Below, piece after piece: positions 9,248 to 19,887 of a stretch of 21,001 nt of DNA. The stretch comes from Octopus sinensis (taxonomy: Eukaryota). The translations under genes were made by a program, and so were the position numbers. The first letter of the stretch is position 1; every line of letters starts with the position of its first letter. The stretch lies in NCBI RefSeq assembly GCF_006345805.1, contig NW_021823881.1, positions 1-21,001 on the forward strand, given 5' to 3'. The notes beneath the pieces are model-generated. The model worked only from the letters and a program-made list of their open reading frames with translations, was not told where the DNA came from and did no database searches.

Positions 9248-9329
9248 CAAATGGGTGCTGAAAAACTTTTGGCTTTAAGGGTAACCCGAAAGGCCCGTTT
9301 GGAGGCCCAACCTTCAGCATCCCATCGTA
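9248..9329. mobile_element. ~80-bp mariner-type mini-element (MITE-like)
   Basis: Imperfect TIRs ATGGGTGCTGAA (9251-9262) and TTCAGCATCCCAT (9313-9325), followed by CG-TA. Confidence 0.6.
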
Positions 9330-9332
9330 CAT

Positions 9333-9499
9333 ACGATAGGCTTCTTTCAGTTTCCGTCTACCAAATTCACTCACAAGGCTTTGGTCGGCCCGAGACTATA
9401 TACTAGAAGACACTCGCCCAAGGTGCTACGCAGGGGGACAGAACCCGGAACCGTGTGGTTGGGAAGCAAGGTACTCACCACACAGCCACGCCTGTGCCT
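9333..9499 (-). mobile_element. SINE family A head
   Basis: Matches 17565-17724. Confidence 0.88.
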
Positions 9500-9779
9500 A
9501 CATATACAATGATAGCAAAATGTACGCACTTTGATATCGAAGACGCAAATAGACAGTATAAGCCGAAAATAGACGTAAAACGCCGAAAATAGACGGCAAG
9601 TTTGGATGTTAAAGAGATTCGCCTTGTATTTTCTGTGTTTTAGAATTCATTTTTGAGCCGTGGTGGTGGCAGTGGAGGCGGCGGCGGAGGTGGCAGATAT
9701 TGGTAGAGTACTTATGATAACTGTTAGTGGTTTCGGTGGCAGTGATCGTAGTGATGCTGATCAAAGCAATAATCCTGGA

Positions 9780-10340
9780 TGGTAGTGCAGGTGATGGTAA
9801 TGGTGGTAGCGGTGGTGTTTAGTAGTAATATATGTTGCTTTTGCTGGGTGGTTGTGGTGGTGGTTGTGGTGGTGGTAGTGGTGGTGGTGATGGTTGTGTG
9901 GTTTTGGTGGTGGCTGTGTGGTGGTGGTGGTGGTGGTGATGGTGGTGGTGGTGGTGGTGGTGGTGGTGGTGGTGTTGTGGCTGTGTTGGTGGTGGTGGTG
10001 GTGTGTGATGTGGGGTGGTAGTGGTGATGGTGGTGGTGGTAGTGGTGGTGGTGGTGGTGTGGTTGGTGGTGGTGGTGATGGTGGTGGTGGTGGTGGTGTG
10101 GTGGTAGTGGTGGTGGGGTGGTGTGTGATGGTGGTGGTGGTGGTGGTGGTGGTGGTGTGGTGGTAGTTGGTGGTGGTGGTAGTGGTGGTAGTGGTAGTGG
10201 TGTGGTGGTGTGGGGTGGTGGTGGTGGTAGTGTGGTAGTGGTGGTGGTGGTAGTGGTGGTGGTGGTAGTGGGGATGGTGGTTGGTGGTGGTGGTGGTGGT
10301 GGTGGTAGTGGTGGTGGTGGTAGTGGTGGTAGTGGTGGTG
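9780..10340. repeat. (GGT)n imperfect trinucleotide repeat
   Basis: Direct reading. Confidence 0.97.
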
Positions 10341-10664
10341 CTTGTCGTGGTACATTGCTTTAGGTGATAGTGGTAGACTGCTGGTCGTGGTGGCGGTGGT
10401 GGCGGTTGTGGCGGTGGTGGAGAGGGAGACGATAGTTGTAGTGTTAGTGGTGGTTGAGGTGCTGCCTGTTGTAGTAGTGGTGGTTGTGGTGCTGGAGGTG
10501 GTGATGGAGTGGTAGTTTCGTAGGGTGTGCGAGTGTCGCGTCTTAATGCGTTAGTGACAATGGATGGCGTCCATGAGAGTGGAAATGAGGGAGAGAGGGA
10601 TCGATGGATGTGGTAGACAATTAGCTTGTTAGTAGTAGCGGCAGCATCGGAAGCAGCAACAACA

Positions 10665-10669
10665 TCAGC

Positions 10670-10719
<50 letters not shown>

Positions 10720-10727
10720 CAGCAGTT

Positions 10728-10761
<34 letters not shown>

Positions 10762-10830
10762 CAGCAGCAGCAGTTGTAGTAGTAGTAGTAGTAGTAGTAG
10801 TAGCAGCAGCAGTAGTAACAGCGGCAGCAG
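10665..10830. repeat. (GTA)n/(GCA)n repeat
   Basis: Direct reading. Confidence 0.97.
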
Positions 10831-11138
10831 TAAACCTCTGAGGACAATGAGCTTGATGTCTTTGATGTCGCAAGTGAACACGCTCAAGGAAGACTTATGA
10901 AGGAGATTGCAGGGGGGAACCGATGTTCCAGGGGGAAAAAAGGACTGTAAGGTGTAGAAAGTGTGGAGCCGGGTTCGGGATTGGATGCCGCACGGATGAC
11001 GAAAGGTGGAGAGAATAAATGTGTTGGAGGTAAAAACCAGCCAGCCTCCGAGGAACAGAGGCCGTTATAGTAGCGGTGGAAACGTGAAAGATGTGAGGCA
11101 GCACGCCTCGTCGGTGCTGAGTGATGTGTTTTAAATGA

Positions 11139-11218
11139 TGTGTATGTGTGTGCGCGCGCGCGTGTGTATGTGTGCGCGCGCGTGTGTGTGTGTGTGCGCG
11201 CGCGCGTGTGTGTGTGTG

Positions 11219-11257
<39 letters not shown>
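11139..11257. repeat. (TG)n/(CG)n alternating purine-pyrimidine tract
   Basis: Direct reading. Confidence 0.95.
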
Positions 11258-11258
<1 letters not shown>

Positions 11259-11269
11259 TGTTCTTGTTT

Positions 11270-11505
11270 CTGATTGTCTCTTACCACTTAACGACCTATA
11301 CTGTCTACGTCAACATAACTTAGAGGTTCGGCAATTAAGAAACCGATAAAATAACACACTTTCAAAACAAACAAAAAATAAATAAATTAAAAATAAAATA
11401 AAATACAATAGGTGCCGGAGACGAAGTGATAGATTAAAATCCTTCAAGGCAATACTCCAGCATGGTCTGGCCGCAACCCAATAACCGAAACAAGAAAAAG
11501 AGTGA
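11270..11505 (+). mobile_element. Old, diverged SINE family A 3' half
   Basis: AACTTAGAGGTTCGGCAA..GAAACCGATAAAATAA...CTCCAGCATGG..GGCCGCA...GAAACAAG matches the family A tail. Confidence 0.7.
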
Positions 11506-11527
11506 AAAACAAATAAATAAAATACAT

Positions 11528-12107
11528 TATTTCTTTTATTGCCCTCAAGGGGCTAAACATAGAGGGGAAAACAAGACAGACACGATTAAGACGATTATAC
11601 GACCGCAGTGCGTAACTGGTCTTAATTTATCGACCCCGAAAGGACGAAAGGCAAAGTCGACCTCGGCGGAATTGAACTCAGACTTAACGACAACGAAATA
11701 CCTATTTCTTTACTACCCACAAGGGCTAAACACAGCCAAACAAGGACAGACAAACGATTAAGTCGATTGTATCGACCCCAGTGCGTAACTGGTACTTATT
11801 TATCCGCCCCGAAGGACGAAGGCAAAGTCGACCTCGGCGGAATTTGAACTCAGAACGAACGACAGACTAAATACTATTTCTTTACCAACCCCAAGGGCTA
11901 AACACAGAGGGGACAAACAAGGACAGACATAGGTATTAAGTCGATTACATCGACCCCAGTGCATAACTGGTACTTATTTTATCGACCCCGAAAGGATGAA
12001 AGGCAAAGTCGACCTCGGCGGAATTTGAACTCAGAACGTAACGGCAGACGAAATACCGCTAAGCATTTCGCCCGGCGTGCTAACGATTCTGCCAGCTCGC
12101 CCGCCTT
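11528..12107 (-). mobile_element. SINE family C: one head plus three head-to-tail ~175-bp body units
   Basis: Minus head GGCGAGCTGGCAGAATCG, B box GAGTTCAAATTCC; central GTCGACTTTGCCTTTCATCCTTTCGGGGTCGATAAA resembles the Nin core domain (from memory); units start ~11528, ~11702 and ~11874. Confidence 0.88.
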
Positions 12108-12634
12108 GATATACATTATATATTGCAAGGTTAATTGACTCAGACGTGGTGGGGATTACAATGATTTGCTAATATCTAACGTCGGGTGTAAATATAAGGT
12201 AAATATACGAACACTTCAGACTACAGATGATGACACATTATCTTATTTATATATGCAATTTATGCAGCTTCTAGAATTTATACAATCAACAGACGAATGG
12301 ACGTTCTGATAACCTTTATATCCTTTGCCTCGTTTATCTTCTCTTCCATAGCACCTCCTATTATTTCTTCTACTTCTACTACTACCACTTCTCCTCTCCT
12401 TAAATCTTCATTCCGACTAACGCCGCCACCACCACCATCACCACCACCACCATCACCACCGCCACCAAACACACCGCCTCAGTCGTGGACATTTTCCAGA
12501 ATGTTTAGACAACAAACCGTCGCCGCCAAACTTAATGAGCTGCCAATCAGTCAGAGCTAATTAGAATGACTATGTCTCTTTTTCTCTTTTTTCTCTCTTT
12601 TTTTTTGTTTTTGTCTTTAGCAGAGAGCTTACTA

Positions 12635-12995
12635 ATCATCATCGCCGTCGTCGTCATCGTCGTCATCACCATAATAATCATCATCATCATCATCATCAAC
12701 AACAACAATAGCAGTAGGAGTAGTGGTAGTAGCAGAAGTAAAAGAAGCAGCAGCACTAATAGTAGTAGTACTAGTGGTGGTGGTGGTGATGGTGGCGGTA
12801 GTGGTGGTGGTGGTGGTGATGGTGGTGGTAGTGGTGGTGGTGGTGGTGATGGTGGTGGTAGTGGTGGTGGTGGTGGTGGTTGTGGTGGTGATGGTGGTGG
12901 TAGTGGTGGTGGTAGTGGTGGTTGTGGTAGCAGCAGTAGTGGCGCAGCAACGGCAACAGCGGCGGCAGTGGAAGCAGCAGTAGCAGTAGCAGCAG
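12635..12995. repeat. Compound trinucleotide repeats (CAT/CAA/AGT/GGT/GCA)
   Basis: Direct reading. Confidence 0.93.
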
Positions 12996-13005
12996 TGTAT
13001 GCATG

Positions 13006-13373
13006 TGGTTCGACACTATGACGGTGACATCATCAGCATAATTGATACACTTCTTCCACATCCTACATCACGCGGGACACCCCTCACAGCCTCCAACTTC
13101 CGCAGTAATGGCTCAAGAGTCAGTACATAGAGAAGGGAGGAGAGAGGGTACCCTTCACGGACCGAACGCAAGATACTGAATGGCTCCGACAGGTGACCAT
13201 TCACCTGAAAAACCGAGCAGATGCCGCTGTGTAAAGCAGTGATCCAACCGCGGAAAACTGGACCGAAAAAGCTGCCCTGAGGACAGCCGCCAAGTATTGG
13301 TGATCGACCCTATCAAAAGCTTTAGATCGATCTAAATTCATCGGAGCTCCATCCATGCCAGCTTCGTTACCCA
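13006..13373 (-). pseudogene. LINE reverse transcriptase fragment, L1/Tx1-like, frameshifted
   Basis: NLDRSKAFDRVDHQYL (~13292-13338), NGHLSEPFSILRSVREGYPLSSLLYVLTLEPLL and YADDVTVIV (YADD at 13029-13040): RT motifs in the correct order. Confidence 0.92.
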
Positions 13374-13569
13374 TTTTTTTTTAATGGACAAAACGTCCGA
13401 AATTCTCCCCTAAAAGGGGAAAATTTTCAGCACAAGTACTCCTTCTGCACACCAAAAGGAGTTCGGATAACAAAAACCAACAAACAAACAGTCAATAAAC
13501 TTGAAAAATAACAACAAATTTCAAACTCACGGAACTCAGGAAACAAACGTCTTACCTCGACGACGACAC

Positions 13570-13596
13570 TAGTAATAACCATAATAATAACAATAA

Positions 13597-13627
<31 letters not shown>

Positions 13628-13631
13628 AATA

Positions 13632-13684
<53 letters not shown>

Positions 13685-13730
13685 AATAATAATAAGGATA
13701 ATAATAATAATGATAATAATGATGATAATG

Positions 13731-13768
<38 letters not shown>

Positions 13769-13945
13769 GATAATAATAATAACAATAATAATAATAATAA
13801 CAATAATAATAATAATAACAGTAGTAGTAGTACTACTAGTAGTAGTAGTACTACTACTAGTAGTAGTAGTAGTAGTAGTAGTATAGTAGTAGCACCAGTA
13901 GCAGCAGCAGCACCAGTAGTAGTAGTAGTAGTAGTAGTAGTAGTT
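13570..13945. repeat. Compound (AAT)n/(GAT)n/(AGT)n repeat
   Basis: Direct reading. Confidence 0.97.
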
Positions 13946-14558
13946 GTAAACCATTTTCGTTTTTGCCTAATTGTCATCTTGTCTTGTAATTACCAACAAC
14001 GCCCCAAATAAGAAAATAAACAAATTAAATTCAACTTTAATTAGCTCAGATATTTTAAATACACAAATAAATAAATAAATAAATAAATACACAAATAAAT
14101 ACACAGTAAAATCTGGTGAGGATCGATAGACAAACAAACTTCTGTTTCTTTCCCTAATAATACTTTAGTACGGTGATTAGTTTCGTATTCTTTTTAGGTT
14201 TGTCATGTTAGGAAGTGTGCGTGTGTAGACAATGGCCAAGCTGAGGTTTGATTAAGTCTCCAAATATTTTATTAACCTTCATCATTATATTTACATTCGT
14301 ACATTCAATAAATTAGTAGATCAATGTTGAATATATCGGTGAGGAAGCTTCTGTATAATGTAATGGAGATTAATATAAGGAAATGAATTACTTCATATAA
14401 TTAATATGTGCTTCTAGACACTAGAAGTAAATGTAATGTTATTACCTGTCCGAATATGTGTGTGGCACGTTTGGACTCGTAAATAAGTCAGTCACTGTGT
14501 TTTGTCATGGAGCAAAATTTCTTACTGGAAAGAGAATGGTGTTAATACACCTATATTA

Positions 14559-14734
14559 TATTTCTTTACTGCCCACAAGGGGCTAAACACAGAGGAGACA
14601 AACAAAGACAGACAAACGGATTAAGTCGATTACATCGACCCCAGTGCGTAACTGGTGCTTAATTTATCGACCCCGAAAGGATGAAAGGCAAAGTCAACCT
14701 CGGTGGAATTTGAACTCAGAACGTAGCGGCTGAC
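14559..14734 (-). mobile_element. SINE family C single body unit lacking the 5' head
   Basis: Aligns with 11874-12050. Confidence 0.9.
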
Positions 14735-15278
14735 AGAAACACACACAGACAAACTGCCGTTTATATAGAGAGAGATAACTAATCTTCTAGAATCTAGGGC
14801 CAAACTATTTGTTAGAAAAATTCACATACTTCTGTTTTTGAAGATTGCCGCTTCGGTCATAATAAGTCACCCAGTGCTGATCGGCTGAGCAATACTTAGG
14901 AGGCATTTATAGTTTTTATGGCGACGTTTTTCCTAGTCGAAGAAAATCTGAGAGCTATGGTTCAAATCTCAGCTGGAGACTTACAACAAGTACCTTTAAA
15001 ACCACATTATACTACAGGCTTTGTTTGCAATCTTTTTTGTAATTCTACGAAGAGACCAGTATCCAGACAAGACCCTGGACACTTTAAATGTCTTAATGAA
15101 AATGCAATACAGTCTGCGACGGTAGTTTGATAACATGTACCATACTTTCGCTAATTACTTTAGGTGCCTATGTAGTCGCGAGCAGAGGCTGACTCTAGTC
15201 ATGACTCCTTTATTTTAGGCCCAGCCGAGTATCAAAGAGTAAGGAGAGCACCAGAGCCTTATTTTTATTCATTTACGC

Positions 15279-15402
15279 AGCTGTGTAGAGTGGAGCAGCG
15301 TCAAATTTAGTGCTTTACTCAAGAACACAGTGCTACGTCCGTTCCAGGAATTGAACACACGATGTTATGGTCAGGAATCGAACACCTTAAACATCAAGCT
15401 AA
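15279..15402 (-). mobile_element. Highly diverged SINE family B head
   Basis: AGCTGTGTAGAGTGGAGCAGCGTCAAAT..AGTGCTTTACTCAAGAACACA..GGAATTGAAC resembles the reverse complement of 6535-6652. Confidence 0.65.
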
Positions 15403-15422
15403 TCACCTTGAATACGCTTCAA

Positions 15423-15716
15423 TCCTTCTGTTACTAAATTTCTCCTGAAATACACTTCCTTAATTTCAATTAATTTTGAAACTAATGAAGAATTTGGTTT
15501 CAATTAATTTTGCAATAATTAAAAATATTGTGGAATTTGAAGATAACGAAGAATTTAGAAAATAATGGAAAAATAAGAATTTGTCATTATTAAGCTGGTG
15601 TTTGGAGCATAAATTAACATACAATTGTACTGGGAGGTTTTAATTTAGATCGTTGCAAAACAATAAAGGTTGCATCATTGAATAGAAGAGGTCTCAGACA
15701 GGTTGGTATCAAAAGG
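15423..15716. mobile_element. TTAA-flanked (piggyBac-type) MITE, diverged
   Basis: Left TCAA|TCCTTCTGTTAC, right GTATCAAAAGG|TTAA (imperfect TIRs and TSD); AT-rich and non-coding; internal duplication of TTTCAATTAATTTTG. Confidence 0.6.
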
Positions 15717-16404
15717 TTAATGGAAAGAAGCCGAAAATCAGACAAGAATCAGTTCCTGAAGTATTCATATTTCAAAGCGGTACAAATAAAGGTAGAATTC
15801 TGAGTCTTTCAAAAACGAGCTTCTTTTCACGAAAAACAAAAGTAGTCTTATGCATACACTAAAGGTAACGTATTGTGAAAAAGCAGCCATTTAAATATAC
15901 CACCGAACAGTCCAGAACAAAGCAGGAACTGGACAGGAAGTTGTATCTTCCTCCACCCACCCCAATACACACTGTCTCCTTCGTTAGCAGTGAGACTGTT
16001 CGTCGCCATATTGATAAGATTAAAGAATTTATCACACCACAATGAAATGAATTATTTCAAAAGTCCGAATTTCCGTTGGAACTTTGAAGAATCAATGGTC
16101 TGAGAATGAGGAACCATTATACTAGTTTATGTCCGGTTCAGACACAATTAAAAATTCAGAGAAGACTCATTATTGTTTTCTGGATCTCTGGCCACCAGTA
16201 TCATCGCACAAGAGAGCTACACTGTTGTGTAATAATTATCTTAATGATAATGATATGCTTGTAGCTAACGACGTTTTTAATTAAACGTTTCAATTTCCAG
16301 TATCAGTTTCAATTCTCTTCAATTCAGTTGCTTCAGCCACAAGGTCATTTTAAAATTACAGCAGATAAGCACAGACAGTACACAGAATAAAACATTTATG
16401 GTTG

Positions 16405-16695
16405 GCTGAACCGGCGGAATTCCAAGATATAGCCCCCCACCCCGACCATCACAGATCCTTCTTCATGTTTAACAATTGGAAGAAGTTGGGTCAAATGCTT
16501 CTTTCGGCTGTCTTCACACGTATACTCGGTCGGTGGTCGGAAATAAGGTAAAGGATTACTCGTCCGAAAGAATAACATTCTTCCACTGCCCTAGGGACCA
16601 ATTCTGTAGGTTTTTACTCCACTCTAAACGATTTGCAGCGTTTGTTTTTTGAAAGTAGTGGTTTTCTGATTGCAGCCTTCCCGTGAAATGGATAT
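16405..16695 (-). pseudogene. Tc1-like transposase fragment
   Basis: FHGKAAIRKPLLSK / TNAANRLEWSKNLQNWSLGQWKNVILSDE*SFTLFPTTDRVYV*RQPKEAFDP / LLPIVKHEEGSVMV match the Tc1 motifs KPLL, WxxVxxSDES and PTVKHGGGSVMVW. Confidence 0.92.
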
Positions 16696-16789
16696 GAATG
16701 TAAACAGATATACATACAGACGGATAGGTACAGAGGTAATATGAACAGACAAGCACATATACATACGCAAATGAAGACTGAAACACATG

Positions 16790-17090
16790 ACCATACACAC
16801 ACACACTTCACTTCACACAAGGACACATATGGAGACATACATCCATACATACAGACAGTACATAGTCACAAAAACCCATACACACACACACATGCAAACA
16901 CACAAACACGCATACATATAAAAACACACAAACTTATGGGCATGCAGGATACATACATACAAACGTACATATACACATACATATGGAAACACGCAAACAC
17001 ACACACATACATGCATGCAGACACTTACATGCATGCACACATACATAAATGCATACATGTCTATGCGCACACACACTGACCCTCACACAT
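16790..17090. repeat. Degenerate CA/CATA-rich low complexity
   Basis: Direct reading. Confidence 0.85.
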
Positions 17091-17312
17091 GCGCACAAAC
17101 AGGCAAAAAGAACGCAGCTCGGACGACGGACAGAGTTAACAACTATGGAAAACGTTGCAAGAAGCAACGAAAATTTTATGAAAAATAAATAAGTAAATGA
17201 GTGAAAACTTTACCAGTGAGTGTGTTAAATTATAAGGCACAAAAAGAGAATGACTCACCCCAGACACAACACTATATATATATATATATTGATAAATAGA
17301 TAGATATAGATA

Positions 17313-17724
17313 TTTCTTTCTTTCTTTCTTTCTTTTACTTGCTTCAGTCATTTTGACTGCGGCCATGCTGGAGCACCGCCTTTTAGTCGAGCAACTCGAC
17401 CCCGGGACTCATTCTTTTTGTAAGCCCAGTACTTATTCTATCGGTCTCTTTTTGCCGAACCGCTAAGTGACGGGGACGTAAACACACCAGCATCGGTTGT
17501 CAAGCAATGCTAGGGGAACAAACACAGACACACAAACACACACACATACATATATATGCATATATACGACAGGCTTCTTTCAGTTTCCGTCTACCAAATC
17601 CACTCACAAGCTTGGTCGGCCCGAGCTATAGCGAAGACACTGCCCAAGATGCCACGCAGTGGGACTGAACCCGGAACCATGTGGTTGGTTAGCAAGCTAC
17701 TTACCACACAGCCACCCCTGCGCC
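17313..17724 (-). mobile_element. SINE family A, near full length (tRNA-like head, internal TA/TG microsatellite, LINE-like tail)
   Basis: Minus: GGCGCAGGGGTGGCTGTGTGG (A box-like), GGTTCAGTCCC (B box-like), tail GGTGCTCCAGCATGGCCGCAGTCAAAATGACTGAAGCAAGTAAAAGA(AAGA)n; multiple partial copies elsewhere in the window. Confidence 0.92.
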
Positions 17725-17736
17725 TATATAGATATC

Positions 17737-17767
<31 letters not shown>

Positions 17768-17778
17768 GTATATATATA

Positions 17779-17820
<42 letters not shown>

Positions 17821-18449
17821 TATATTATATATATATACATATATACACACACACACATATGTGTGTGTGTGTGAGAGAGGACAATACATGGAGTCAGATA
17901 AATGAAAGCATGTGACTAAAAGTGTGTAGAAATATATAACAAGAAAACAATAGTCATAGAAATGTACATAGAAATGCACACCAAAGTAAGAAACACATGG
18001 AAGTCTGACGCTTCGGATTATATCTTTTATCAAAGAAAAGTAAAAGAATTAGGAGTGGCAAGAGAAAAAGAAAGATCAATGATAACAAATGTAAAACAGC
18101 TTTTTACATAGCACGTCTAATGTGTGGACCCGTGCGTGTGTGCATGTGTGCATATATATACGTATATATATATATGAACATATGTAGATATATTCATACA
18201 TGTGTGTATATGCATGTGTGTGTATGTGGCTAAGAGCTAAATGATTAACGAAAAATATTTATTGTTTTCGTTTTAGCAATCGTCGAATTAATGAGAAAAG
18301 AAAGCAAAGCATTCGAGATATATGGAAGTCTTGTGGGAAATGCGTAGATGGAACGACGAATTGCAAGATGAAACAAAATATATCTTTCGTATGTAATTTA
18401 GCTTTCAGCAAGATTAAAAGTTATAATCATGCTCCAACTTCGTTTACAC

Positions 18450-18487
18450 GCATACATACATATATACATACATATATACATACATAT

Positions 18488-18532
<45 letters not shown>

Positions 18533-18540
18533 ATATATAT

Positions 18541-18582
<42 letters not shown>

Positions 18583-18796
18583 TATATATATATATATATA
18601 TTAATATATATATATATATATTCATACACACACGTATATATATTACATATACACATATGCATATACATACATGCAATCACACGTATATGTATGTACATAT
18701 ATAATATGTATATATATATATATATACAAAATTCTATTATTGATAATATTATTATTGATATTATATATATATATATTTATATATATATATATATAT

Positions 18797-18839
<43 letters not shown>

Positions 18840-18968
18840 GTATATATATATATATATGTATGTATATATGTATGTATGTATATATGTATGTATGCATGCA
18901 TGTATCTATCTATTTATCTATCTATCTATTTATCAATCTATCTATCTATCTATCTATCTATCTATTAT

Positions 18969-19051
<83 letters not shown>

Positions 19052-19075
19052 CCTACTTGTGTATGTATGTATGTG
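18450..19075. repeat. Compound (TA)n/(TATG)n/(TCTA)n microsatellite
   Basis: Direct reading. Confidence 0.97.
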
Positions 19076-19887
19076 TGTGCGTATATGACTATTCTTAATA
19101 CGTAATCAGACGAGCAATCGCATAGTTTTTAAACCACTTCAGCCTAATAAATCCAGGCTATAAATATTGACATAAAGAAAAAGGAAAAAGGAAATAAACA
19201 CTTCTACGGCGACTACAAAAGGAACAAAGCATCCTTCTCTCAGCTGGGCGGTCTTCTTTCAGACGAGGAATATTTCTTATGTATACACCGCCCTACTACT
19301 ACTATTACATATGTTTCTAGTTTTTTTTTGGGTTTTTTTTTTCTCCTTCATCGGCTGCCGATGTTTATTGGTTTTATTTTACCGTCAGTTGGCAATTAGA
19401 CGTTGAGCAATGCTGGATATTACAGCGAGGAGAAAATGAATTTAAAGCTTCCAATTGTAATGACTGTTTTATTGACTCTGCGAACAATAAAACAGCAGAA
19501 CTCAACAGAAATAGCCATCGTAACATTCTCATCTGCTCCATTACTCGGTTTCCGTTTCCTCTTATATAACGAATGTTTGCTGTTTTTGTTCTTTATTTCC
19601 GTATTACGTCTTTTTTTTTCCTTATTGATCGTTTCTTTTCTTTCTTTCTTTCTTTTTTTGGGGGGGTGGGGGGAATATGCATTCTTAATTCCTTCCTTTC
19701 GTTCCTGCCGCCTCTCCCACCCATTCTTCCACTCTCTCTCTCTCTTTCTCTTTCTTTCACTACACACACATCTATATACATGTATGTATACACACACACA
19801 TACACACACACACACATCTATATACATGTATGTATGTATACACACACACATACACACATACATGCACGCACACACACACACCACACA

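Noticed and set aside
9780-10340. G-quadruplex or telomere-like tract; Z-DNA tract at 11139-11257
   Set aside because: Not TTAGGG; such tracts are ubiquitous in this window, so no specific function can be argued
9761-10873. 370-aa Thr/Pro/His-rich mucin-like ORF
   Set aside because: Mostly (ACC)n/(ACT)n repeat with frame-hopping homopolymers, non-ATG start and no domain or signal peptide; not called as CDS
10890-11135. Possible decayed LINE ORF1 fragment (PMFQG.KRTVR, INVLEV)
   Set aside because: Purine-rich and coding-like, but no motif strong enough to assign without a search
11528-12050. CRISPR-like array
   Set aside because: Units are ~175-bp whole SINE bodies with no unique spacers; eukaryotic context and no cas genes
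14735-14777. Helitron/Helentron-like end (ACAGACAAACTGCCGTTTATATAGAGAGAGAT); also CTAGCAG start at 8791
   Set aside because: Too short, with no matching subterminal inverted repeat or hairpin partner
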